Of a DNA stretch of 64,000 nt, positions 1-8,371 are shown piece by piece. The stretch comes from Polyangiaceae bacterium (GTDB lineage: Bacteria; Myxococcota_A; Polyangia; Polyangiales; Polyangiaceae). The stretch's first letter is position 1, and each line of letters starts with the position of its first letter. The stretch is taken from contig JAPSGB010000004.1 in NCBI GenBank assembly GCA_035063585.1, positions 32,001 through 96,000 of the forward strand. The letters are read 5' to 3'. The notes under the pieces were generated by a model. That model was not told the origin of the DNA. It saw only the letters and a program-made list of their open reading frames with translations, and did not search any database. A program made the translations under genes and the position numbers.

Positions 1-2110
1 AGGTGGAGCAGCTCACCCCGGCGCGACCGTGATCGATACCGCCGAGGCGCTCGAAGCCGCGTTCGACGTTCACGTCGTAGACGAGGAGCCCGCTGAAGGT
101 GAGCCGATCACCGTACGCGCCGTCGCCGCCGCCCTCGCAGATGGTCATCGGGATGGCGAGCAGCCCGCGCTCCGGGAAGTAGTTGAAGGCGAGGTGGTCG
201 GTGGCGGCCGCCGAGCTCGAGCCGCGTGAACCGATCTTCTCCTTGTGGAGGAGCTTCGGTTCGGTCGGGCTCTTCACGTCGAAGAGCTGCAGGATGACGC
301 CATCGAAGTACGCGAAGTCTCCGTGGTCGTCCGCGTCGAAGCCGATGCTGAGCAGGTGGTCCGGGTCGAGGCGATGGATGTAGGTGGAAAATCCCGGGAT
401 CTTGAGCTCGCCGAGCACGGTCGGGCGCGCGGGGTCGTAGAGATCGAGGACGAAGAGCGGGTCCGTCTTCTTGAAGGTGACCACGTAGCCGCGGTCGTCG
501 TCGAAACGTACCGCGCGGATGTCCTCGCCCGGCGCGATCCCGGAGATTGCGCCAACCCGCACCAGGGCGCCGCCCGCGCTCTCCCGCAGGATGGAGAGCT
601 CGCTCTCGACGTTCGGATCGGGGACGCGCCCCTTGCTGGTCGCGACGCGTAGGTAACCGTACCACTCGTCCATCGAGAACTGGTTCAGCACGTGGCCAGG
701 GACGACGCCGCTGCCAACGTAGCGCGTGTCCCCCGCGCGCTCACCGATGCGGAACTTGTGCACCGCGCTCACCTCGCCGGCGTTGGAGTAAAACCAGCGG
801 CCTCGGCCCGGGCGACTCCGCGTCACCGCGACGTAGAGCGCGTCGCCCGAGGCGTACACCGCGCCCGGTCGGCTCTCGATGGTCTCGGTCGTGACCGGTG
901 AGCGGTCGTCACCGAGCTCGAAGGAGACGATCGAGGTGAACGCGTGGCCGTCGTCCGCCTTGGGGCGGAGGAGTCCGCGGCAGAGCGAGGTCTTCTGGCC
1001 GTCCTCGGTGAGGGTCGGCAGCGCAGCCCGAGACGCGCGGATTTTCCGCTCGTTCTCCCGCTTCAAGGCCGCGAGCCGCGCGCGCACGGTCGCCTCGCGG
1101 ACGCCGCACCACGGCAGCTCGACGGGCCAGGTCGCATAGCTCGGGCGAGGCGAGTCGCCGTCGGCGACCACGGTATGGATCGCCTGGCCGATACGGCGCG
1201 CCGCCATGAGCGAGCCGGAGAGCTCGAGCTCGCGCAGTCGCCTGGGCGCCGATGGCTTCGAGACGTCGAACACGGTGATCCGCGTCGAGGAGCCATCGCC
1301 GGCGAACTGGCAGTCGTAGCCGTAGGTGCACGACTTCCGGCTGCCCGCGCTCGAGCTGTACACGACCGCGCGCTCTCCCTCGACGAAGAGCTCGCGCGCG
1401 GTGCCGGGGAGCTTGGTGACCGAGACCACGCGCGGCCGAAGCGCCTCGACGATGCGGAGCGCGCCGTTCATCGCGAGGTAGAGGTAACGGCCGTCGGTCT
1501 TCACGAGATCTGCCTCGTCGACGCCAGCCACCTGGTTGTTGGTCGACGAGTACTGGGTCGCCTTCGCGGCGGCCATCGGCCGCGAGCCCACGACCAGCCG
1601 CACCCCCGCGCCCCGGCCATACGCGACGCCCCCGCCGCCCGAGCCGACCCCGCTCAGCCCGAGCCCGCCGTAACCGTAAGACTCCCCGAACGCGTAGGCT
1701 CGCCGGGACTCCTCGTCGCGCCGCCGATACTCGGCCCAACAGCTCGGCTGCTCGGCGACCCATGCACCATACTCTGCGTCGACCGCGGCACGCATCGCGC
1801 GGATCTCGTCCGCTATCCGCCGCTCCTCGAGCTCGGTCTGAGCCTCGCATCCGAGCGGCTCGAGGCGCGCGTCGGCGAGCACGTCGGCGGCCGGCTCACC
1901 GGCCATCGCGGCCGTCACCACCGGCGGGGGCGGTCGCGCCGGCGGGCTCGCCGAGGCATGCGCCGGCGGCGCGATGGCGGCCGGCGGCTTCGCGACGATG
2001 GGCGGCTTCGGTGCACGCGCGGCCGGCGGCGCGGCTCCGGGCGCGCAGCCGAGCGTGGCGAAGCCGAGGAGCGAGAGCGCAAGGCCGAGCCGCGAGTGCG
2101 AGGGGCGCAT
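1..2110 (-). CDS. Lipoprotein with beta-propeller domain (Beta_propel/COG4880-like); 3' end runs off the window
   Basis: Absent from the ORF track because it has no stop in the window. Manual minus-strand translation from ATG 2110 gives the lipobox MRPSHSRLGLALSLLGFATLG-C and in-frame TNNQVAGVDEADLVK. The family motif LGELKIPGFSTYIHRLDPDHLLSIG lies near 410-345. Confidence 0.85.
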   Translation of the reverse strand, partial: MRPSHSRLGLALSLLGFATLGCAPGAAPPAARAPKPPIVAKPPAAIAPPAHASASPPARPPPPVVTAAMAGEPAADVLADARLEPLGCEAQTELEERRIADEIRAMRAAVDAEYGAWVAEQPSCWAEYRRRDEESRRAYAFGESYGYGGLGLSGVGSGGGGVAYGRGAGVRLVVGSRPMAAAKATQYSSTNNQVAGVDEADLVKTDGRYLYLAMNGALRIVEALRPRVVSVTKLPGTARELFVEGERAVVYSSSAGSRKSCTYGYDCQFAGDGSSTRITVFDVSKPSAPRRLRELELSGSLMAARRIGQAIHTVVADGDSPRPSYATWPVELPWCGVREATVRARLAALKRENERKIRASRAALPTLTEDGQKTSLCRGLLRPKADDGHAFTSIVSFELGDDRSPVTTETIESRPGAVYASGDALYVAVTRSRPGRGRWFYSNAGEVSAVHKFRIGERAGDTRYVGSGVVPGHVLNQFSMDEWYGYLRVATSKGRVPDPNVESELSILRESAGGALVRVGAISGIAPGEDIRAVRFDDDRGYVVTFKKTDPLFVLDLYDPARPTVLGELKIPGFSTYIHRLDPDHLLSIGFDADDHGDFAYFDGVILQLFDVKSPTEPKLLHKEKIGSRGSSSAAATDHLAFNYFPERGLLAIPMTICEGGGDGAYGDRLTFSGLLVYDVNVERGFERLGGIDHGRAGVSCST

Positions 2111-2245
2111 GGGGGTTCCGACCACCACGCGTCGCGAAGGTTCCCGCGAGCGGGTTCGAGCGGCCGCGGGAGGTCGGGGCGGCGCGGCCGGCGGCGCGGC
2201 GCGCCGCCCCTTGACGCCGGCGCGCGGAGCCCGCAATCCGGCCTC

Positions 2246-2956
2246 ATGAGCGGACAGGCCGCCAGGGTTTGCCTGGTATTTGGCGTCGGGCCCGGGCTCG
2301 GCGCGGGGTTCGCGCGGCGCTTCGCGGCCGAAGGCTACCGGGTCGCGCTCCTCGCGCGAGGCCTCGGGTTCACGAGCGCGCTCGCCGCCGAGCTCCCCGA
2401 GGCGCGCGCGTACGCGTGTGACGCTACGGACGCCGCCTCGATCGCCGCCGCCTTCGCGCGCGTGCGCGCCGAGCTCGGCGAGCCGGACGTGCTCGTCTAT
2501 AACGCGGGCTCGGGGATCTGGGGCGACGTCGAGTCGATCACTGCCGCGGAGTTCGAGCTCTCTTGGCGCGTGAACGCGCTCGGCGCGTTCCTCGCGTCGC
2601 GCGAGGTCATCCCGGGCATGAAGGCGAAGGGGCGCGGCGCCATCGTGTTCGTCGGGGCCACTGCCTCGCGGCGCGGGGTGCCGCGCACCGCCGCCTTCGC
2701 GCCCGCCAAGGCGGCGCAGAAGAGCCTCGCCGAGTCGATGGCGCGGACGCTCTGGCCGGCCGGGATCCATGTCGCGCTCATCATCGTCGACGGCATGGTC
2801 GATCTCCCGCGCACCCGCGACCGGATGAAGGACGCGCCAGACTCGTTCTTCATCCGACCGGACGACGTCGCGGAGCTCGCCTTCCGCCTGGTCGAGCAGC
2901 CGCGCTCCGCGTGGTCGTTCGAGGTCGAGGCGCGCCCGTTCGGCGAGCGCTGGTGA
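2246..2956 (+). CDS. Short-chain dehydrogenase/reductase (SDR)
   Basis: GVGPGLG nucleotide-binding motif, VYNAG, GATAS, FAPAK. True start is ATG 2246; the track's extension to 944 is an antisense shadow. Confidence 0.9.
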   Translation: MSGQAARVCLVFGVGPGLGAGFARRFAAEGYRVALLARGLGFTSALAAELPEARAYACDATDAASIAAAFARVRAELGEPDVLVYNAGSGIWGDVESITAAEFELSWRVNALGAFLASREVIPGMKAKGRGAIVFVGATASRRGVPRTAAFAPAKAAQKSLAESMARTLWPAGIHVALIIVDGMVDLPRTRDRMKDAPDSFFIRPDDVAELAFRLVEQPRSAWSFEVEARPFGERW

Positions 2957-5304
2957 CCTCAGCGAGCGATTCCGCGCCGGAGCGGCCCCCCCCAGGAGCC
3001 GCGCGCGACGGCGTGGCGGCGCGAGGCTCCGCGCGCGTGGGCGCTCCGGCGGCGCGGCTCGACGGACGCCGGCTGCGGCGCGGCGGCGTGCTCGCGCTCT
3101 TCGCCGGATGCGCGGCGCTGCTCGCGCTCCACGCGCGGTATTACTGGCCGTTCTTGTCCGACGACGCGCTCATCTCGCTCCGCTACGCGGAGCGATTCGC
3201 GAGCGGTCACGGGCTCACTTGGACGGATGGGGAGCGGGTCGAAGGGTACACCGATTTCTTGTGGGTGCTCCTCACCGCGCTACCCATTCGGCTCGGCGCC
3301 GATCCGATCGCGACCGCGCGAGCGCTCGACGCGCTGGGGGCGCTCGCGGCGCTCGCGCTCACGTCGTGCACGCCGCGTCCCCTGGCTCTCCGCGGCGTGC
3401 GCGTGCTCTCGGGCGGCCTCGGCCTCGCGCTCCTCGCGCCGCTCGCGGTGTGGTCGATCGGCGCGCTCGAGCACGGGTTCATGGCCGGCGTCATCGCGGC
3501 GGCGCTCGTCGCGCTCGCGCGCGCGCTCGGCCCGGGCGGTGGCCGGGGGTCGCTCACCGCCGCCGGGCTCGCGCTCGCCGCGCTGGCGCTCCTTCGAGCG
3601 GACGGCGTCGTGCTGGCTCTCGCCGGTACGCTCGGCGCGCTCCTCGCCGGCCGGCCTTCCCGCGCGACGCTCCGGCGCGCCGCGCTGGTGGGGCTCCCGA
3701 CCGCGCTCGCGCTCGCCGCGCAGCTCGCTTTCCGGCTCGCCTATTATCGGCAGTGGGTGCCGAACACCGCGCTCGCCAAGGTGAGTCTCAACGCGGAGAG
3801 GCTCACGCTGGGGCTCGAGTACGTGCGGGACGGCGCGAAGCCGCTCGTCCCGATGATCGCGCTGGCGCTCGCGCTCACGCTCGCCGGCTGGAGGGAGCTG
3901 CGCCGCGAGCGGTGGCTGCCCGCCGCGACCATGACGCTCGGCTGGTCCGCTTACGTGGCGCTGGTCGGCGGCGACATCTTCCCGGCGTGGCGCCAGCTCT
4001 TGCCGGCGATGGTGCCGCTCGCGATGCTCATCGCCGAGGGGGCCGAGGCGTGCGCGCGGCGCCATCGGCTCGGCGCGCTCGGCGCGGTGGCGGTGGCGCT
4101 CCCGCTGCTCGGGCTCGGGTTCGCCAGGCAACATGGGGACGGCACCAACCGGCGCGGCAAGACCGAACGATGGGAGTGGGACGGCCTCAGCATCGGCCCG
4201 ATGCTCGGGCGCGCGTTCGGAAAGCAGAAGGCGCTGCTCGCGGTGGACGCGGCCGGCGCGCTTCCCTACTGGTCGAAGCTCCCGAGCCTCGACATGCTCG
4301 GCTTGAATGATCGCTTCCTCGCGAGCCATCCGCCGCGCGATTTCGGTCACGGGGCCATCGGTCACGAGCTCGGCAACGGCGCGTACGTGTTCGAGCGTCG
4401 CCCCGACATCATCGCGTTCAACAACGCGGCCGGCGCGCCCGAGCCAGGCTTCCGCTCGGGCCGCGAGCTGCTCCAGCTCCCCGCCTTCCGTGCCGAGTAC
4501 CAGCGCATCCGGGTCCGGGGCGCGGGCACCTCGCCCGTGACCGGTTGGCTCTGGCTGAGGCGTGAAGGCGGCCCGCTCGGGGTCTCGCGGGCCCGAGAGG
4601 CGATCCGCGTCCCTGGCTACTTCTTCGCGGGCGGCGAGGCGGAGGCAGGGCTCGACGAGGGCGCTCGCCTGGTCACGCGCGTGAGTGCCGACGCGGGGGC
4701 CAAGCTGCCCACCTTCGCGCTGCCCGCCGGAGCCTGGCGGCTAGAGCTCGAGGCGCCGGCGGCCGGAGCGCGCGTCCGCTATCGCTGCGACGGAAGGAGC
4801 GCGCTGCCGCCGAGCGACGTCATCGAGCTCGACGCGCCGAGGTCCGTCGACGCGCTGGTAGCCGGGGCGGACGCCCCGTTCTCCATCGACCACGCGGTGT
4901 TTCGTCGCGTGCCCGGCAGCGGCGGACGGTGCCCACGCGGCGGCCACGCGCTCGAGCTCTCGGCCGAGGCCCTACCCCCGGCGCGACCCGACGGCCTCGC
5001 ATGGGACGCGGCGGAGAACGTGCTGTTCGACACCGCCGGTGTCCGCGTCACCCTCCCCGAGCCATCACACGCGGGCGGGCTCGAGCTCGCGCTCGACGCG
5101 AACGACGGGTATGAGGTGGAGTTCTACTCGGGTCGGCGCGCGCTCGAGCGAGCGAGCGTCCCGGTCGCCCGCGGCTCCGGGCTCGTCACACGGCGGTTGC
5201 TCGTGCCCGAGCCGGCCGCCCTCATCGGGTTCGACGCGCTCGAGGTGCGGCCCGCGCGGGGTGACGGGTACTATTCGATGGGCCACCTCGCGCTCACCCC
5301 CTAG
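2953..5304 (+). CDS. Multi-pass membrane protein, GT-C-fold glycosyltransferase-like, with a C-terminal soluble domain
   Basis: SDDALISLRYA..G.GLTW..GERVEGYT motif, many TM segments, AGALPY and DMLGLND motifs. GTGA overlap with the SDR stop; start uncertain. Confidence 0.65.
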   Translation: MTSASDSAPERPPPGAARDGVAARGSARVGAPAARLDGRRLRRGGVLALFAGCAALLALHARYYWPFLSDDALISLRYAERFASGHGLTWTDGERVEGYTDFLWVLLTALPIRLGADPIATARALDALGALAALALTSCTPRPLALRGVRVLSGGLGLALLAPLAVWSIGALEHGFMAGVIAAALVALARALGPGGGRGSLTAAGLALAALALLRADGVVLALAGTLGALLAGRPSRATLRRAALVGLPTALALAAQLAFRLAYYRQWVPNTALAKVSLNAERLTLGLEYVRDGAKPLVPMIALALALTLAGWRELRRERWLPAATMTLGWSAYVALVGGDIFPAWRQLLPAMVPLAMLIAEGAEACARRHRLGALGAVAVALPLLGLGFARQHGDGTNRRGKTERWEWDGLSIGPMLGRAFGKQKALLAVDAAGALPYWSKLPSLDMLGLNDRFLASHPPRDFGHGAIGHELGNGAYVFERRPDIIAFNNAAGAPEPGFRSGRELLQLPAFRAEYQRIRVRGAGTSPVTGWLWLRREGGPLGVSRAREAIRVPGYFFAGGEAEAGLDEGARLVTRVSADAGAKLPTFALPAGAWRLELEAPAAGARVRYRCDGRSALPPSDVIELDAPRSVDALVAGADAPFSIDHAVFRRVPGSGGRCPRGGHALELSAEALPPARPDGLAWDAAENVLFDTAGVRVTLPEPSHAGGLELALDANDGYEVEFYSGRRALERASVPVARGSGLVTRRLLVPEPAALIGFDALEVRPARGDGYYSMGHLALTP
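2968..2985 (+). repeat. Dispersed REP-like repeat copy (variant)
   Basis: GATTCCGCGCCGGAGCGG. Confidence 0.5.
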
Positions 5305-5315
5305 GGAGCCGGAGC

Positions 5316-6386
5316 TCAGGGCGACTCACCCGAACGGACGGGATATCCCTTCGACTTCCACACCCCGAGCCCCTCCTCGAGCACGGTGACTTTCGTGAAG
5401 CCTTGCTTCTGGAGCGCCACGGCGAGCTGGCCGCTCTCGGCGTGCGGGCACGCGCAGTAGCAGACGAGCCAGGCGCTCTTCGGGAGCTTTTCGAGATATC
5501 GCGCGACGTCGTAGAAGGGCACGCTCACGGCGCCCGCGATGTGCTCGAGCGCGTAGTCGGCCGGCGCGCGCGCATCGAGCAGCGCGAGCTTCGCGCCTCG
5601 GTCGAGCTCGTGCTTCACCACGTCCACGCGAGTGGTCGCGGGATACTTTGCGAACCCGGAGGGCTCGGGGCCGTGCGGGTTCAGCGGCACCGGCCCGAGC
5701 GCGATGGGACCGCTGAGCCGCGGACGCGCGGGGCTCGGCGGCGCAGGGCGCGGCGGATTTCTCAAGAACGCGACCACGTCCTCCACCCCGCCATCACCGA
5801 GCTTCTTCCCAAAGGCCGGCATCTTGGTGCCTGCGCGCCCCTCTTGGATCGCGAGCCGCAGGAAACCGTTGGTAGCCTCGCGGAGAAAATCCACGTTTCC
5901 GATCCGCACATAGGGGCCGCCCACTCCGTGCGCTCCGTGACAGCGCTCGCACTCGACCTGATAGATCCGCTCTCCGCGCGTGGCGTCACCCTTGGCGAGC
6001 CGCTCGTCGAGGTTCGCGCGCGGCGCGTGGTCCCAGGTCCGGAGGTACTGGACCACGGCGTCGATGTCCGTGGCCGAGAGCGGGCCGCCGCGCTCCTTCG
6101 ACCACGCGGACATGGTCGAACCGGCGCGCCCGTCGGTGATCGCGGCGCGGAGGAAGGAGTCGCTCACCGATGCGAGAAAATCCGGGTGCGCGAGCCGCGT
6201 GGCCTCATCCGCGCGGTAGCCCTCGCCCCGCTCGCCGTGACAGACGGCACAGAGGCGAGCGTAGAGCTCCTGCCCGTGGCGCGCCTCGGGCGGGAGCGCG
6301 GCGTTGGGATCGGTCGCCTTGCGGCTGCACGACGCCGCGGCCGCAAAGGCGAGCGTGAGCCCGAGGATCATCGAGAGAGCGCGCAT
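5316..6386 (-). CDS. Lipoprotein: di-heme cytochrome c fused to a rhodanese domain
   Basis: Lipobox AAS-C, CAVCH and CERCH, then LLDAR...HIAGA, YCACP loop and VLEEGLGVW. Confidence 0.85.
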   Translation of the reverse strand: MRALSMILGLTLAFAAAASCSRKATDPNAALPPEARHGQELYARLCAVCHGERGEGYRADEATRLAHPDFLASVSDSFLRAAITDGRAGSTMSAWSKERGGPLSATDIDAVVQYLRTWDHAPRANLDERLAKGDATRGERIYQVECERCHGAHGVGGPYVRIGNVDFLREATNGFLRLAIQEGRAGTKMPAFGKKLGDGGVEDVVAFLRNPPRPAPPSPARPRLSGPIALGPVPLNPHGPEPSGFAKYPATTRVDVVKHELDRGAKLALLDARAPADYALEHIAGAVSVPFYDVARYLEKLPKSAWLVCYCACPHAESGQLAVALQKQGFTKVTVLEEGLGVWKSKGYPVRSGESP

Positions 6387-6565
6387 GATGGCGACCAGGC
6401 GCGAGCATAGTGGCGCGCGAAGAAGCGAGCCAGCGCCGAGACGCCAGGCTCGCCCGAGCGCGCCTCGCGAGCCCCGATTCGAGGCCGCCGCAGACCGCCG
6501 CTCCCGGCGGCAGCTCCCCGGGTTCTTGGCCCAGCTCGCGCATGGAACGGAAAATTGCCTCCGCC

Positions 6566-7138
6566 ATGCCCGGCCGACGCCTCTTCTCCATCCTCGCGCT
6601 CGCGTGGGTGGTCGGCTGCGCCCCGGGCGCGGGCGACGATGCCGCGCTGTCGCGCAGCCGCGAGAGCGCGCTCCGCGTGGGTGAGCACCTCCCGGAAGGA
6701 AGCGAGGCGGCGACCGTCGGCGCCATCGAGGAGCGTATCCGCAAGGGGACGCCGCGCTTCGGCGCGCTCGTCGAGTGCGAGTGCCCGAGCATCGTCTTCA
6801 AGGATGAGGAAGGCACCGGCTCGGATCGGGTGATGACCCCGCGCCTGCGCGCCGGGCTCGAGCGGCTCTCGCGCCTGGTGAGCCGCCGCTGGGGGCTCGC
6901 GCTCCGCGTCACCGAGGCGTGGGATGGCGAGGGCGAGCACGGCCCCGAGAGCCTCCACTACGAGGGACGCGCCGCGGATCTCACCACCTCCGACGTCGAT
7001 CGCGCCAAACTCGGCTGGCTCGCGCGGCTCGCGGTCGAGGCCGAGCTCGACTGGGTCTACTTCGAGGACGCCTCGCACGTGCACGTCTCGGTGCGCGCGG
7101 AGACGCCCTCACGACGAGAGCGCAAGACCGCGCGCTGA
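6566..7138 (+). CDS. Hedgehog N-terminal signalling-domain (HH_signal/DD-peptidase fold) lipoprotein
   Basis: [40 protein letters not shown] and [23 protein letters not shown] match ShhN motifs. Signal [18 protein letters not shown]18. Alternative ATG at 6542. Confidence 0.93.
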   Translation: MPGRRLFSILALAWVVGCAPGAGDDAALSRSRESALRVGEHLPEGSEAATVGAIEERIRKGTPRFGALVECECPSIVFKDEEGTGSDRVMTPRLRAGLERLSRLVSRRWGLALRVTEAWDGEGEHGPESLHYEGRAADLTTSDVDRAKLGWLARLAVEAELDWVYFEDASHVHVSVRAETPSRRERKTAR

Positions 7139-7191
7139 GCGCGGCGCCGCGCGGTTGCGCGAGCCCGCCCCCGGTCCTAGGCTCCCGCGCC

Positions 7192-8343
7192 ATGTCCGCG
7201 CAGGGTGAGCGACGCTTGATGAGAATCGCCGGCCCGCTCCTGGTGGTCTGGATCGCGGTCGTCATCGTGTGGATCGGGATCCGGAAGTCCCGTAACCCAG
7301 CGGGTGCTCGCGGGCGGCCCGCGCCGACGGCGCCGCCGGCGCGCGGCGAGCTCCCGGTGCTGTGGGACCTCCCGCGCTTCTCGTTCGTCGATCAGCACGG
7401 GTCCACGGTGACCGATCAGTCGCTCCGCGGGCGCGTGCTCATCGTGGATTTCATCTTCACGCGGTGCACCACCGCGTGCCCGCTCATCACCGCCAAGATG
7501 AACCTGCTCCGGCGCGCCATCGAGCGGCCCGACGTGCGCTTCGTCTCCGTCTCCGTCGACCCCGACCACGACACGCCCGAAGCGCTCGCAGCGTACGCTG
7601 AGCGGTGGACCAAGGATCCGCGCTGGCTCCTGCTCAGCACCACGCCGAGCGGGCTCGCCGACCTCACCGGGAAGATGAAGGTCGCGCTCGCGAAGGGCGA
7701 TGACGAGGAGAACCCCATCGTCCACGGGAGCCAATTCTTCCTGGTCGACGGCTCCGGCCGGGTGCGCGGAGTCTTCGGCAGCGGCGACGACGAGGCGCTC
7801 GGGCGGCTGGTCGCCGAGGTCGCCTCGCTCGAGCTCACCGCGGCGAGCGCCCCAGGCCCGGCCGAAGCGCCCGACCGCGCGCTCTCGGGGATGATGCTCT
7901 ATCAATCGCTCGGGTGCGCTGGCTGCCACGACGACGCCCGCGTCGCACCGCTGCTCGGGGGCGCGCTCGGCCGAACCGTCTCGCTCGCGGAGGGCGGCAC
8001 CGTGACGGCGGATCGCGGCTATCTCCGCCGAGCCATCGTGGAGCCCGCGGCCGAGCTCACGGCGGGGTTCGCGGTGCCGATGCCATCCTATCGCGGGCGC
8101 GTGAGCGACGCGGAGCTCGACTCGCTCATCGACTATGTCGCGTCGCTACCCGCGCCCACGAGCGCCGCGAGCGCCGCCGGCGCGCCCGGCGAGCAGGTGA
8201 CCGACCCGGTGTGCGGCATGAAGGTCGTCGCGAGCGAGCCGGCACCGCACCTCGAGCACGACGGGAAGACGTACTTCTTCTGCAGCGAGCTCTGCCGCGA
8301 CCGCTTCGTGAAGGAGCCCGCGAAGTACCTCGAGCGCCGCTGA
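7192..8343 (+). CDS. SCO/SenC copper chaperone fused to cytochrome c and a YHS domain
   Basis: N-terminal TM, FIFTRCTTACP, VDPDHDTPE, conserved His (IVHGSQF), CAGCH, TDPVCGM...YFFCSELC. Confidence 0.88.
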   Translation: MSAQGERRLMRIAGPLLVVWIAVVIVWIGIRKSRNPAGARGRPAPTAPPARGELPVLWDLPRFSFVDQHGSTVTDQSLRGRVLIVDFIFTRCTTACPLITAKMNLLRRAIERPDVRFVSVSVDPDHDTPEALAAYAERWTKDPRWLLLSTTPSGLADLTGKMKVALAKGDDEENPIVHGSQFFLVDGSGRVRGVFGSGDDEALGRLVAEVASLELTAASAPGPAEAPDRALSGMMLYQSLGCAGCHDDARVAPLLGGALGRTVSLAEGGTVTADRGYLRRAIVEPAAELTAGFAVPMPSYRGRVSDAELDSLIDYVASLPAPTSAASAAGAPGEQVTDPVCGMKVVASEPAPHLEHDGKTYFFCSELCRDRFVKEPAKYLERR

Positions 8344-8371
8344 CCCGGGCGCGCCCGCCGCCGCCCTCGGG

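Noticed and set aside
944..2245. Long N-terminal extension of the SDR ORF (670 aa in the track)
   Set aside because: Antisense shadow of the real minus-strand beta-propeller gene; the SDR starts at 2246.
6566..7138. Hh gene as animal contamination
   Set aside because: No introns, no Hint domain, a bacterial lipobox, host-like codons and seamless bacterial flanks. A read-level check is still advisable.
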